64,000 nt of DNA from Antedon mediterranea (lineage: Eukaryota; Animalia; Echinodermata): positions 7,502,001-7,566,000 of the forward strand of contig NC_092672.1 of assembly GCF_964355755.1 (NCBI RefSeq). Reading direction: 5' to 3'. Below the pieces are notes generated by a model. It did no database searches. It was not told the origin of the DNA and saw only the letters and a program-made list of their open reading frames with translations. The translations under genes were made by a program, and so were the position numbers. This document shows positions 39,908 through 53,649 of the stretch, one piece after another (position 1 is the first letter of the stretch; each line of letters starts with the position of its first letter).

Positions 39908-41098
39908 GTAAGTCTTTTTTCCATATTGTTTATTAATATCTCCTCTGTTTTATACCACCCATAAAAGATAAGGACATTTTACAGACATTCAATACAGTTA
40001 GTTGTTCCCACACAGTGTCTGTAGACTTTGAACTATACATATCACTGGTAGAATAGACATGACAATTCCCTTATGAGCAATTATTAAAAACAGTTGTTTT
40101 GTAGAAAAAGTTGTCGTTATTTCCATTATATTACTTACTATAAATGGGATAAAAATATCAAAATTAAATAAGTATTATTTGGCAATTTTGTTTATATTTT
40201 TAATATAATACAGTGCACTTGTATAGGGACCACTTTTAAAGTTTAGTTTGATCATAGAGATATTATACTTGATACTTTGTAAACAATTTGTTGCAATATT
40301 CTGAAAAATAATTAATTGTTTAGATATGGGAGGATTACTGTAACTATTAGAAATAAAAATGTATAATAATAGAATGAAAAAGACTACATAAGATTTGATT
40401 CAATGAAAACATGAAACAATGGTAATCTTTATTCTAATATTTTGTTTTAAACTGTAGACTGAATTTACCAAAAAATCACTTATTTTAACAGCCTAGTGCC
40501 AAATAGTATGCACATTGAATAGCCACATTTTCTTAATTTTTCTATCGGAACAGGTTGTACCTAATTTTTTTAAGTGTTCGGATGTAACCCCAAGAGAGTA
40601 TCTTCTTCCTTGTTGCATTTGTGTGGTACAAGTCAAGCTCACAAATGGATTAACCTGAAGCTTTTTAACTTGGCATGGAAACGCGATTTGAACTATGTTG
40701 TCACTTCTTTTAATAGATTCCACATCCATGTTAAGCAGCGGGTCAACGACAATGTAGTGGATAGTTTTTACATACTAAAATATTTTTTGTTTAAATCAAA
40801 ATAAAATAATTCCAACTCTGTGCAAATCAATCAATAATCAACAATAGTGTAGAATGGGTGGGATTAAATTATAGTTCAAACATAAATATGCATTTATATA
40901 TCCGTGAAGATACATCAGAAAGTAATATTAACTGTATTGGTAAGCTATTTCAAGCACTAGGACATTTCTTATAATCTCATCAGTTAAAGTAAAAGATTTT
41001 ATCACCCATAATTCAAACAAAATATTTAAATTTTAAAAATACATCTGACATATACATTAATATGGGTAACTATTTATTATATTTAATTAATTTCACTT

Positions 41099-41265
41099 GC
41101 ACCGATGAAGGGCTAGTGTTGCCCGAAAGCTCTTCTAACTTTTCTGGCTGTTTTACTTTATCGATTTGATTTACCTTTTCACTTTTTTTTTGTATTTCCA
41201 TTGAGATCCACCCACTGATACCCACAGCATTGTGATTTTTTCAGTATTTGCCTTTGGATTTATAT
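41099..41265 (+). mobile_element. Penelope-like element terminal fragment with degenerate hammerhead ribozyme (copy 1)
   Basis: gca-CCGATGA-A-GGGC-tagtgtt-GCCC-GAAA-GC-TC-ttc followed by ~130 nt shared with copy 2; core has CCGAUGA instead of CUGAUGA. Confidence 0.65.
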
Positions 41266-42416
41266 TTAATTTAATGATATATTGGTTATGTTAATTTCTT
41301 TGTTTCATGTTTTTTTTACTCCAAGTACCAGATAGAAAAAGCTTGTGCAATAGATAATCATAACAGTAAATTGTTTATGTTTTAGCAATTTACAGTAGCA
41401 TTAGAAAGAGACTTCTTTTGGCTGGTAGGTGAAAATGGGTGGCCAATGAATGTGGTGACTGTCTTCTTAATTTATCTGCCCAGTAAAACCTCATCAGCAT
41501 ACATAATACCATAATACTGATTACTTTTAGGTAATTGTATAAAACCCCACCGGTCCAGTTTATGGGTCATATAATTATAGGTTGGAATAATTTTGTTTTT
41601 CATAAATTTTACACCTTATTCTCAGTGCTGTATCTCCATATACTATCTATTTCCAAAGTATCATGGGAATATTTGGTAATACAGCATCACATGTGGTGCC
41701 TGTATCATGTAAGGTTAGGTTACTACTAGATACATGTGAAACACATGTCATATTGTATTACCAAAAATTCCTGATACTTCGGAAATAAATACCGTACCGA
41801 GAATTGGCTGAAATTTTACTATATAGCAATAACGTAAAAAGTAAGTATTGCTAACATTAACAGTGTAATAGCTTTGAAATTAGTAAAGACAGGATATATG
41901 TTATAAATATTATGTCACAAGACATTGCTATGTTTACATACTGCCTGTAATTCAGCGGTTTAAAGTCCATCTATGTTTACCATCATTAGTAAACTTTGAT
42001 CTGTCTGTGATTACTAATTTGGATGCAAAGTTATGCAATTTCTCCATATGTATGTTATTAGAAAGTAAAAATCACCTAATCTATAGGAAATTTCAGTAGC
42101 AACTATTTTGGACATTGACAGTCTATATCGTGCCTGCTTACCTGGATAAACCCGACATAAGCCCTTTTCCACGAAGTGCGAAACAATTACGAAAAGAAAA
42201 ATATAGCGGTAGCTCACCTCCATGATAAATGGGACAGTCCCATATATATATATATATATATTGACAATTTTTATTTTGTGTATTAAAATAGCTAAAGTAA
42301 AAAACTACAGTCATGTGGCTGTAAAATTTGATATGGGAATTAGGGATATAAAACAATTTTGTTTATTTTTCTTTTATATTTCAAAATAATAATAAAGTAA
42401 TGTTTATATTTTTCAG

Positions 42417-42452
42417 ATATTCCCTTCGCAACAAGACAACCTGTAACACAAG
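42417..42452 (+). CDS. AGRN: Agrin 36-nt linker micro-exon, (D/Y)IPFATRQPVTQ
   Basis: tatatttttcAG|ATATTCCC...ACACAAG|GTAAGA; 36 nt, phase 1-1, no stop; Pro/Thr linker positionally equivalent to vertebrate DKPGTHFTPVPPTPP between NtA and FS1. Confidence 0.8.
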
Positions 42453-43258
42453 GTAAGATTGATGTCTCTTGAAAAAGAATAAAACAAAGAGATCAAAGAA
42501 CTGGATTAACAACTCAACATTTATTATGCATATTCACATGAGTCAAGAGCTTTATTATTGGCTCTGAATTTTAAAAAAGTTCAAGAATTAACAATATAAG
42601 TACTATACATAGGTGACTCAGTTTCTGAAAAAGGGGGTTAACTGAGATTTTGTTATAATCTACTTATAGGCTTGGCTGTATACCGTAGTTACAATCTGAA
42701 GTACTTAGTCTAAAAAGTGATTCCATACTCTTAATACCAAATGTGCCACACAATATAATGCTATTGTTTGTATAGCTATTGACTGCCTTTAACTCTGACC
42801 CTACCTTCTTAATAATAATCAATGCTAAATATACCGATCCAATTTCATTGAATTATACTAATTTATATACTTATTCTCTGGATCTCATTGTTATTTCTTT
42901 AGTTACCGTTTACCTCAATGATGAGCAGATAGCCTTCGCTTTATTCACCCCATTGTGTCTTGATATTCTCTGTCATATATATTCATCTGACTTACAATTT
43001 ATACAATATGTTTCTGAAACGTAGGTGTCACTCGCGGTCACAAGTTTAATAAACTTAGTGTCATTACAAATATTGATCATTTTCATAATTTAAAGTGAGA
43101 AATGAAATTGATAATTGATATTTATTTCATTTTAAGCATGACACAATAAAGTAAAATTGTAACATTTTAAAACAAAGAAATAAAACAGGGACAACCACAA
43201 AACAAGCAAAAAAGTTTTTGCAACTAGTGGTGCCAAAAAAAGAGATATATATATATAT

Positions 43259-43295
43259 GCACTGATGAAGGGCTAGTGTTGCCCGAAAGCTCTGC
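43259..43295 (+). ncRNA. Minimal type I hammerhead ribozyme motif of Penelope-like element type (copy 2; element spans ~43259-43425)
   Basis: GCA-CUGAUGA-A-GGGC(uaguguu)GCCC-GAAA-GC-UC-UGC: intact CUGAUGA and GAAA cores, 4-bp stem II, palindromic AGCU in place of stem III, predicted cleavage after C43292, GCA/UGC stem I; element embedded in (TA)n. Confidence 0.72.
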
Positions 43296-43420
43296 TAACT
43301 TTTCTAGCTGTTTACTTTATCGTTTTGATTTAGCTTTTCGCTTTTTATTTTTCTATCTCCATTGAGATCCAGCCACTGATACCCACAGCATTGTCATTTT
43401 TTTCAGTAATTTGCCTTTGG

Positions 43421-43454
<34 letters not shown>

Positions 43455-46400
43455 GTGCGAGTCTCGGTTGGGGCCACTTTTTTTCATTCTCACAGATTTC
43501 CTCATTTTTATCGTTTCAAATTAATTAATTAAATTTCAGTATTAAAGTTCTATGTCTCATGTGTTTATATATATACAGTATATATCCAAATAAACAAATA
43601 AAAATAAAATCAGTTGTTTGCATGATGTTGCATACAACATCATTAAAGTCTTTATACAGATTTTTAAAAAAATGTAATCATTGTCAGAGGTCAAGATCCA
43701 TGCATATTTTATTTATAATTTTTTTATGCATATGTCATGCATTTTCATTCATCATTTAGTGTATGTCACTATGGATTTCAAATTTTCAACAGTTGAGTTA
43801 CAATAAAAAACATGCATATATCACAATCAAAAGACAATGCAGTTTAATGAACATATAAATAATACATTAATGTAAGAATTGAAGGGATGCATTATTAAGT
43901 GATGAATGGATGGATTACTATGCATTATAAAATATTAAAGGACTTATTCACACTGTTTAAAAAATGGTAAATTTAACCATGTAGTAACTTTACCAAAGAT
44001 ACATTTGACCATTGTTTAAACTTGGATCCTTGCTTTTACTAAGGTTTATATTTGTTTAATGATATGGTGAGTGTCCTACTGGGCAGGCAGTGTGTTGGTA
44101 GAATTAACCATTGGGCTTAATGGTTAATTTAACCTAGTGGAAATTGTAGTCAGTATTCGAATTCAACGTTCTTTAGCCACCAACTGTTAATTTGACCAAC
44201 TCCAAGCTAGGCTGATGAAAATAAAAATTGATATAAAGATAGTTTTATGCAAATTCATTCATATAAATTGTGGTATCCAACTGAGATATCAATTACAAAT
44301 GTGTGATACCTACATTCTCTATACATCACATCATTCGGATGAAATTTCAATGTCGATATTGATTTCATACCTAAAAGTCTATACTCTAGGATTTAGAATT
44401 TTATTGGCTATTTAAATACATACTCTCAGTCATAATAATAGGAATTAAAGCTTATAATCTACTATTTGACCGTTTATTTGACCGTTTATTTGAAAGGTCA
44501 TGGAGAGGATGCCCTCTGAAGTGTGTTATTAGGCAAAAGATGTGTTGAAAGTTTAGCAGAGGCTTTTAGTTCTATTTCGCTGCTCGTAGGTTATTTGGCG
44601 CTGTTGTTATATGATGTCATGTGGAAAGGATTGTTACCCACTCTGAGATCAGCTGATGTTTAATTATAATTAAAGCTACTAATTTATTAAATACTGCTAA
44701 CTACATATTCTATGGATCCTTTGCTGTAACCTTTTCGCTATGACCCAGATTTAAATGAATGGACCTACTGTATTAAAAAAAAAAACAATTTGTACTGTAC
44801 TTGTTTTAATTGTTTTTTGTTAGAGTTTGTTGAATAAATTAAAATTTATTTTAAAAATTGAATAAAAGAAATGATACACCTACACACATGTAATTTTTTT
44901 TTTCTGACCTAGAATTATTTATTCTCCCCGAAGCATTCTGTCGGTACCCAGAAACTAATATCAAGACAGACTAAATTTTATTATTGTCTTTTACAGTCAA
45001 ATCTATCAAAACCTATGCTGGGCCAAAACGTTTCTGTTTTAATTCATGTTTGTTTAAAGTAGGAAAAATTGTAGACCAACTTTAGATGACTGTTTTGGAA
45101 GAGCTGTATATCATCATCATTTCAGACATTGTCAGGCGACTGTAGGGTATAGGCCTTCCCAAGCTGAACCCATCCTTTTCTGTCCTGTACAAATGTTATC
45201 CAGGATATACCAGCAATTAATGATACAACCTCATCACTCCTTTGTTGTTGTCTTTCTCTATTTTATGTTACCTGATGTATTTTCTTTGTTGTTTTATTGT
45301 CTTAATTATGCAAAACGAATTTCCATTTTTTAAAGTGGAACAATACAAATTTCTTGAATCTCCCGAGTTCTATATCCATTCATTGAAATTCCTAGTCCAA
45401 AAGTACCGATATTGCATCTGATAACAGCTAATGTCAAACGTGTCTATTAATTGGTTATAGCACCCTCTATTTAGCTAGGCGTATTGTAGGTGTCAACATG
45501 AAATAATATTTTTTTTTTAGTTTCATAAAAATTGATTTCTTGTTGCCTTGAAGCAATGTCATCAGTCATTTTTATAGCTTGCAGGTTTAACTTTAAGAAA
45601 TGACACCTGCTATAAATTTTCTTTAGTTTATCTTACAGATCTGATAATTATAATTTTTAATATAAAAAATGTAATTTATGCGAATTAATAAAACACTATG
45701 CCAAAATGATGACTTCTCTCAGCCACCCTCAAGAAAAAAAAAAGGGAAGGGTAGATTGAGATAAACAGATGGATTTAAGGCCGCAATTGATTTGATGTAA
45801 TAGGAAACATTATATTTTATCACATATGAGATCTGAATATTAAGTAAAATTTTGATAAGGTTTAAGAAATATCACTGAGAAAAACATTTATTAATTTTTT
45901 AAATTAAAAAACAAACAAAAACAAAGTTTCCATACTTAATTTATTTAAGAAAGCAAACATTTTACCATATTATTGTAGTTCACAAAAAAAAGTAGTTGGT
46001 GCAGCAACATTGATGATATATGGGACTATCCACTATGAATACATTTTCTTTGCTTAAAATGTGCTTGATGTACTTTCAATTGAGTGAACTTGAACTTACA
46101 TTGACTCACCTTGGGTTAAATAATACCCTACTTTTTGGAAAGCTGAACTTTCAATAATCCTTACCTTGTAAATGTGTACTTTTCATAGACCTATTATTGT
46201 AACTCTGGTAATTGCAACTATCAAGGTATAAAGCCTGTATTAAGGTATTTTAACCCAGGCACTTAGCCTTATTCATATGACTTCGAAAATCAACCAATCA
46301 ATATTACCAAAAAGCTTTTTAGATTTTTCCATCCATAAAGTGTATACTTATTTTGATTTTGTTTAGCTCTCTAATTTCATGCCTATGAGCAATATAACAA

Positions 46401-47556
46401 ACAAATAGAAACTGATAACCATGCAACAAGTACACAATAAAATATATTATATAACAATTTTAAGTATTTAGAAACATATTAGGGTTAAGTAACACAGTAG
46501 TAAGTGTTGTGTACTTTCAGCCAAGTACCTTATATCAGACACTGTTCACATGATATACAAAGTCACCTCTTAAGTACTTTGAAAGTCATGTTAGAATCTA
46601 GAGAATGAAGTTGACCGCAAGACTTATTTTTTTTGTCAATAAATCTCGTTTAGAGTTTCATCGCGGGCAAACATTCAAACGGTGAGAACAGTTTTAAGGG
46701 GGAACTTTGTGAATAGTTGCTAAATGGCAGCAACTCCGAGAACAACACCTCGGGTCTATGTGAGCGATGAAGCGTGAAAGGAACACAGGGACGGTCGTAA
46801 GATGCCTTTGAACTCCACTAGCTGTTGTACTTATTGCTTTTGTATACTTTCATTGGACGATAAACACTTGACTGAATTAATATCAAAAGAGATGAATGCA
46901 AATGCTTACGGCAATACAGTGAATCGGAATAAGAAAACAAACACTTAATGTAGAATAAAACCTATTGTCTTTGTTTTAGTTTGAGTTAGAATAAAGATGT
47001 CTTTATTATGAAAGTTTAAAGAAAATATTCGACCTTGTCAGAAGTATTAAGGGGTAATCATCACAATTGTCAATATCATCTTCAGTGTTGTCATTGTGAT
47101 AATTATTTATTTTGTCATTTTTCAAAAGTTCCCACGGTCGGTCTGGCCATAGTAAATAGAATAACAACCTTTTTAAGGTATGCAAATGAAAGTTTCTGTA
47201 AATCAAAGTGATGTGGAGGATGTAGATGGGGAAATGGTTGAGGTCACCATGCCTTACTTTTTAAATGTTGTGTGCTTTTGATGCTAAATGTGTTAATACA
47301 TTAATAGTAAGATAAGAATTAAAATATGAAACAAAAATTAAATAGTGTTATATATATATATACACATACACATAACAGATATAAATAATTAAAATATATA
47401 CAAAATGTATAGTGAAACTACACATGAAACTAAAACTACAAAATAAGATCAAACTGGCTTGATTGTATAATTTTTCAGATATGCATAATAATAATAATTG
47501 TACAGCATTAAATTTGTCATGAAATTCATATTTAAACTATATATTTATTTTTACAG

Positions 47557-47772
47557 CACCATGTATGCGAATAATCTGCGGATTTGGAGCCATTTGTCAA
47601 TTGAATGAGAACCATGATCCCATTTGTGTTTGTCCAGATGCCTGTGCTGATATCTACACCCCTGTGTGTGGAAGCGACGGCATTACTTACTTCAGCGAGT
47701 GCACGTTACTTAGACACTCCTGCATAGAAAGTAAACTCATTAGAAAAGTTTCAGATGGACCTTGTTCGGAAG
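47557..47772 (+). CDS. AGRN: Agrin follistatin/Kazal domain 1 exon
   Basis: ttttacAG|CA..; APCMRIICGFGAICQ..CVCPDAC..PVCGSDGITYFSEC..C..DGPCSE; G|GTAGGT; 216 nt, phase 1-1; CGFGAxC is typical of agrin FS1. Confidence 0.93.
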
Positions 47773-47869
47773 GTAGGTACAACTGTGGTTATAGAGAGCT
47801 TGGTAAAGCCATATTAAATCATTTTTCTCATCACATTGGTCGCAGTAGCGCCTATATTCACTGCTTACT

Positions 47870-48232
47870 TTTATTTGTTGTTTATTTATTTATTCAACTT
47901 CTCACTAACACTGTTAGTGAAGGATCGACACCAACAGGTGGTAAACACCTAAAAACGATCCAGTCCTGATTGCACAGTGGCTGTGTGTGACAGTGGCTGT
48001 GTTTGTGTGAACTAGTACACCGGGGTAGCCCCCCTACTCGTCTCGAAAGATATACTAGGTTCTTTAAAGTGCACATGAGCATGTGTACACTGGACCTACG
48101 GTTTATAGTCCTTATCCGAGAAGACTCGTTCTACCACCAGAACCATGGATCGAGTGAGCCTCGAACCCTTGCCGATGTTATAGCTAAGTAATTACGGTTC
48201 CACTGTCTTAACTGCTCGGCCACTCACTCACT
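47870..48232 (-). mobile_element. tRNA-derived SINE (Meta/V-domain-like centre)
   Basis: Minus strand: A-box TGGCCGAGCAGTTAAG, B-box GGTTCGAGGC, central GCACTTTAAAGAACC, (AATA)n tail. Confidence 0.78.
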
Positions 48233-48728
48233 TACAATAGCACATTCTCCACACACATGAAACATTATAATAATAATAATTAAAACAATTTCGAAGTACA
48301 AAACAAGTTGGGCACAAAAAGAGAGAAAAAAAATTATATTATTATTATAAAAAAGAGAAGAGAAAGGAGAAAGCTAAAAACACTGGACAGACAAAGATAT
48401 TCACGCAAGCACATTATATGAAAAAGATAATTTTCAAAGAATGACTTGAATATCATCAGTACAAGCTTGTTTTAGCCATCGCTGTTATCTTTATACTTCA
48501 TTCTTCAGATTCAGATCAATCCATATCCAAATTATAACTGACATAATTCTCTTAAGCCATGTCTACATTATCAAACTTTATGTGACAAAAAAATGTGATG
48601 TGTGATGTATGGACATGATGATGTCATATCACTACCATATTTGGGCATATCACTACCATTTTTGGGCACATCAAACTGTATTTGTCAAACTAGTTTGAGC
48701 TTTAAATATGTATCGTTACTAGTGAAAT

Positions 48729-49032
48729 AGTGAGTGAGTGGCCGAGCGGTTAAGATAGTGGAACCGTAATTAAGTAGCTATGACATTGGCAAGGTTTCAA
48801 GGCTCACTCGCTCCATGGTTCTGGTGGTAGAACAGGTCTTATCCGATAAGGACAAACCATAGGTACAGTGTACACATCTAGCTCATGTGCACTTTAAAGA
48901 ACCTAGTTCATCTTTCGAGATGAATAGTACATCACAGCAACTGATCATAACAAAAGAAACGAGGACCCTAATGATCAGTTCCTTCATTGGAACTGGATAG
49001 GCCACCCTCATTAAATATGGTAATAAATAAAA
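48729..49032 (+). mobile_element. tRNA-derived SINE, same family as 47870-48232 in opposite orientation; a degenerate relative lies at ~56945-57240
   Basis: AGTGAGTGAGTGGCCGAGCGGTTAAGATAGTGGAACCGTAATT...GTGCACTTTAAAGAACCTAGT; reverse complement of the neighbouring copy over ~190 bp. Confidence 0.78.
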
Positions 49033-51143
49033 ATTACCCTGTTATAGCTCCAACCAAGATACAAGATTGACTACAAGTCTATTTAACTCCAATAGAGAAA
49101 AAGAGTGTGTAAACATAGCCAAAGTGTTCACAAAAATTGCACCATATGATCTAATTTTGTGATAGTTTTTAGTTTCAGATTCAAATAAAAGAAATATTAT
49201 TCCAGACTTGTCAGGACTGTCTTAGTCTTAAATCATTTTTATTATTGTACTGAGACTTTCATACAAGGCCATGTTCATTTACTGTGAAGAAAGTAGATTG
49301 ATTTTTCTTTCATAAGATACATATTAAATTAATTTAATCGACAATGACTTACATTGGTTAAATTAAATTTATTTATTAATCGCCATTGCCCGTTAGCTAT
49401 GTATAATTGAAATGAATTTTAATTGGTGTAAAAAATAAATGTACACATTTTTCAATTTGATTTATTTCAAATTTTAATAATTAAATAATTTGTATTTGAA
49501 TTTTATGCGTAAGTATTTTTCACGCAACACTGAAATGCAGTCAAGAGAATAGTCATGTCTGATTGATGTCATTGCATTTTAAATCATTTTTATTTTTGAA
49601 TACATCACATTCTGTTCAATTTTTCTTTTCAGATACTTATAAATTGCTTGCTTTTAATATTTTAATTTTATGGCTTAAAAAGTTAAACAAAAATTATGTT
49701 AAAAATGTAAAATTATATAATTATTAATAATTTATGACAATTGAAAAAGAAAACCAGATTTTTTAAAATTAAATGGACATTCTGATTGTTTAACTTATCA
49801 CACTTATATACTATACTATACAATTGAAACTAACTTACAATTGAACTAGGGTATTCAGTTGCATGGCTACAGCTTGAGGTCACACACACACAGACAGCAC
49901 ATTAAAGTAAAAAATTGACCATTTTGAAGTGCCATTTTTTAATTATTAGATTAATATTTTTTGGGCAAATAATACATTTTTGGAAAGGTACACATGTCTA
50001 CTTTCAAGTGCTGCAGACAATTCGCGGAAATATCAATTATTCAATGAAATACAACAAGATTACTAACACCCTATCCAGCTGGTCACCTCATGAACATGAT
50101 GAGGGAAATTCCTGCTTGCAGTTTATGACCGCCCATTTTTGGAGATCTAAAAATATGATGCTTTTTGATTGGAGTTTCCGTGACAACCTGAGGTGATTGA
50201 CAATTAAATTGGTTTCCTAAGTGAAAGGCATGGGCTTTAGCTTGTAAACAAAGCATGTCCCAGGTTTATACGATGTCTAGAACAGAATTGGTGGACTTTC
50301 AAAAATAATCTTCGTTTTTTCGGTAGGTTGATGGAATATTTTAAATCAAAGACACATATAATATGAAAATATAATGTTTAAATTAGCTATTGTTAAAATC
50401 TTAGAGTAATTGGTTGAGAATTGATGAACGGAAAAAGAAAAGAGTAGGCACATGTTTTTCCTTTCTCAAGCCACAGTCCACTTGTTCCATTGTCTTAGGC
50501 TGAGGCTAGCCTGTGCCTGCCTGCACAGGACTGCCAGTAGAATTTTTACTTAACGGAGGTTAAGTCTTATATAAATTATAGTTTAACCAACATTGATTAT
50601 AATTATGATTAATATATTTCCTATTCCTAACGTTCCGAAGAAATAATAATAGGTACTTTATTATTTTTAAGTGTTTTAAAACATATTAGTTTGAAATGCT
50701 TAACATTCCTATTAATGTAAATGGAATCGTCCGTACAATGAAAGTTAAATACATTATGGACAGGTCCACTTATTTTCAAGGGGTATTATTTGGTCAAATT
50801 AATTGAGGATTATGTTTTTTTATAAAAAATGAAAGGAATACATCATATTTTGTAGGTTTTTAGTTTTAATTGATTAATTTAAAAACTGCTATAAAAATCT
50901 ATGTGTTTTTTCCAGTTAATATTTATTTTTTTTAAATAATACCGATTATTTTCATATAAAAATAAAAGTGAACTTATTGTAATTAATATTTATCAACAGG
51001 TATTTAATCTCTACTACAGTCATGGAAGAAGATATTCCTGGTGATTTTCTTAAAGCTGTTGGTATTTCAGCTTTAGATCTACAACATAAACTTACTGCTT
51101 GCTGATAAACTTATCAACATTACAATTACGAATGGCTATCTTT

Positions 51144-51668
51144 GATTTTATGTATTTTTGCGATTAAACATCATATTTTCATTTTATTACACGTTTCCAT
51201 GGTAACAAAAACATTTTTAATAGAATTTTTATTACAAATTGTGTATTTATATTATACAATTAACTGGTAAAAAAATAGGCATAATGTGAGTAATAATTAA
51301 AGAGCTATGTTAGATTTTATGTATTTTTGCGATTAAATGTCATATGTTTATTTTATTACACGTTTCCATGGCAACAAAAACATATTTTTAATAGAATTTT
51401 TATTAAAAATTGTGTAATTATATTATACAATTAACTGGTAAAAAAATAGGCATAATGTGAGTAATAATTAAAGAGCTATGTTAGATTTTATGTATTTTTG
51501 CGATTAAATGTCATATGTTTATTTTATTACACGTTTCCATGGCAACAAAAACATATTTTTAATAGAATTTTTATTAAAAATTGTGTAATTATATTATACA
51601 ATTAACTGGTAAAAAAATAGGCATAATGTGAGTAATAATTAAAGAGCTATGTTAGATTTTATGTATTT
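51144..51668. repeat. Tandem repeat, ~170-bp unit x3
   Basis: gattttatgtatttttgcgattaaa...acacgtttccatgg.aacaaaaac...aaagagctatgtta at ~51144, 51313 and 51484. Confidence 0.9.
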
Positions 51669-52132
51669 TATTACATTCAAATATTACATAGTTTCATTAT
51701 GTATTAATAATAAAACAATAATTTATGATTTTTTTGGCAACATTTTTATTGAACATTATGTATTTACATTACATCAATAACTGTTGAAAAAATTAGGCCG
51801 GTACACTTTATGGTTAAAAAGATATACCCAATTATGTACAAAATATCAATGATTTTGTTGACTGTTTTGGACCACTTTTAGCTTTTAATAAAATAATAGA
51901 AAACATAGAAACCAATGTCTTCGACTTCCTATCTATTTTTTCGTATTGTTTTTTAATGTAACTTTTGAACGCCTTGTCCGATTTAAAAAATTTAAAAAGC
52001 ATTGTCATTGTCTTTCAATTCTGCTTCATATGGTATCATTTCCAAGTTCATAGGGTGTCAATCAATTTTTCACCTGAAATCCCTAATTGAACAACAAGAT
52101 AATATATTATATTTCAACCTATTCAATAAATA

Positions 52133-52700
52133 GCACATTTAAGTGTAAATACACCCTTAATGTCTATCAAAGTAAACTGCACATTTAAGTGTAAATACAC
52201 CCTTAATGTCTATCAAAGTAAACTGCTCATTTAAGTGTAAATACACCCTTAATGTCTATCAAAGTAAACTGCTCATTTAAGTGTAAATACACCCTTAATG
52301 TCTATCAAAGTAAACTGCTCATTTAAGTGTAAATACACCCTTAATGTCTATCAAAGTAAACTGCACATTTAAGTGTAAATACACCCTTAATGTCTATCAA
52401 AGTAAACTGCTCATTTAAGTGTAAATACACCCTTAATGTCTATCAAAGTAAACTGCTCATTTAAGTGTAAATACACCCTTAATGTCTGTCAAAGTAAACT
52501 GCACATTCAAGTGTAAATACACCCTTTAATGTCTATCAAAGTAAACTGCACATTCAAGTGTAAATACACCTCAATTTTTTATCCCAATAAACAGCACAGT
52601 GTAAATTCACCCTTCATGTCTATCAACGTAAACTACACATTTATGTATTCCCTAATAACTATCCAAGTAAACATCACATTTAAGTGATACCTAAACACAA
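52133..52700. repeat. Minisatellite, 46-bp unit, about 9 near-perfect copies plus a degenerate tail
   Basis: gc(a/t)catttaagtgtaaatacacccttaatgtctatcaaagtaaact repeated. Confidence 0.93.
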
Positions 52701-53649
52701 GTAATGTGCACATTTAAATGTTACCCCTAAATCTCAGTAAACATCACAATTTGTAAACACACAGTAACAATTTGACAAATTATAAAATATTGGTGTGTGT
52801 ATTACCTATTCAAACTGAGACAGTATAATTGAATACATTATTAACCACCATGTCTATAGACCTACTGCTAATCAATCTTCTATTCAATTACCTCATTACA
52901 AGTGCACTCTCTTCATGTAATGAACGAATAAGAAATACCTATAGTGGAACCCTTTCAACTTAATTGCAAGCTTAACACTAATATCGTTTAATAATCTCAC
53001 TTGAGTGCTCTTGTAGCTTGCACCTGGGTCAAAGTTCGTAGAATCCCGACACCCGGCAAGAAGTCCAATTAACAGTGTATTGATCCACTTAAATTAACCA
53101 ACGTTTCATTGGATATTGTCGAGACTTTATTAATTATCCGTCACACGATGTTTAGACACTGTTGAGAGTGCTAAATTGTTACACTTGTAAACGAAAATGT
53201 ACATTTAAACAGTATCGTAACAGTACAGTCTTTCTCTTTAAAATCATACGGGAAGAAGAATAAAGAACTTAAACAATAATGTATTGACTTGTGATCGCTG
53301 CATGGATGCTGAGACAAAAAAAATTGATGGATTGTTCTAACCTAGCAGCACTAATTGGAAGATTAACAAAGAGTAGTGAGAAGCGGATAAATTAATAAAC
53401 GCTGCCTAGTGCCAGACCTTTCACAAAGAGCATTAGTACATGTAGTATGTGTAATAGAATATGTATGTTCGTATTTGCATATCAAAGTCCATGGACTTGT
53501 AGGTGAATTAACTCATGAGACTGCAGTAGACTTTGCACTTTTTTTTGTTTAGTGGTGCAAGTTTATACCCCATACGGTTTGTCACTAAATCACAATGGTA
53601 GCCAGCGTTCTTCCAGTAGTTATAACCTGCGTTTCAATATGCCTTTCAG

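Noticed and set aside
40540-40804. Possible extra exon after tttctatcggaacAG (ORFs 40493-40729 and 40574-40804)
   Set aside because: All three frames after the AG reach a stop within 11 codons; no recognisable domain or phase-compatible donor.
42130-42172. ~40-bp sequence shared with ~60170-60210 (cttacctggataaac..gacata.gcc.ttttcc) as a conserved regulatory motif or minus-strand donor
   Set aside because: Best explained as short fragments of a dispersed retroelement tail; no accompanying minus-strand exon structure.
48729-48815. tRNA gene
   Set aside because: A/B boxes are present but there is no cloverleaf and it continues into a SINE body; the same applies to the tRNA-like heads at ~19087 and ~2390.
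52133-52700. Regular 46-bp repeats resembling a CRISPR array
   Set aside because: Head-to-tail units with no unique spacers, no cas genes, and located in a eukaryotic intron: a minisatellite.
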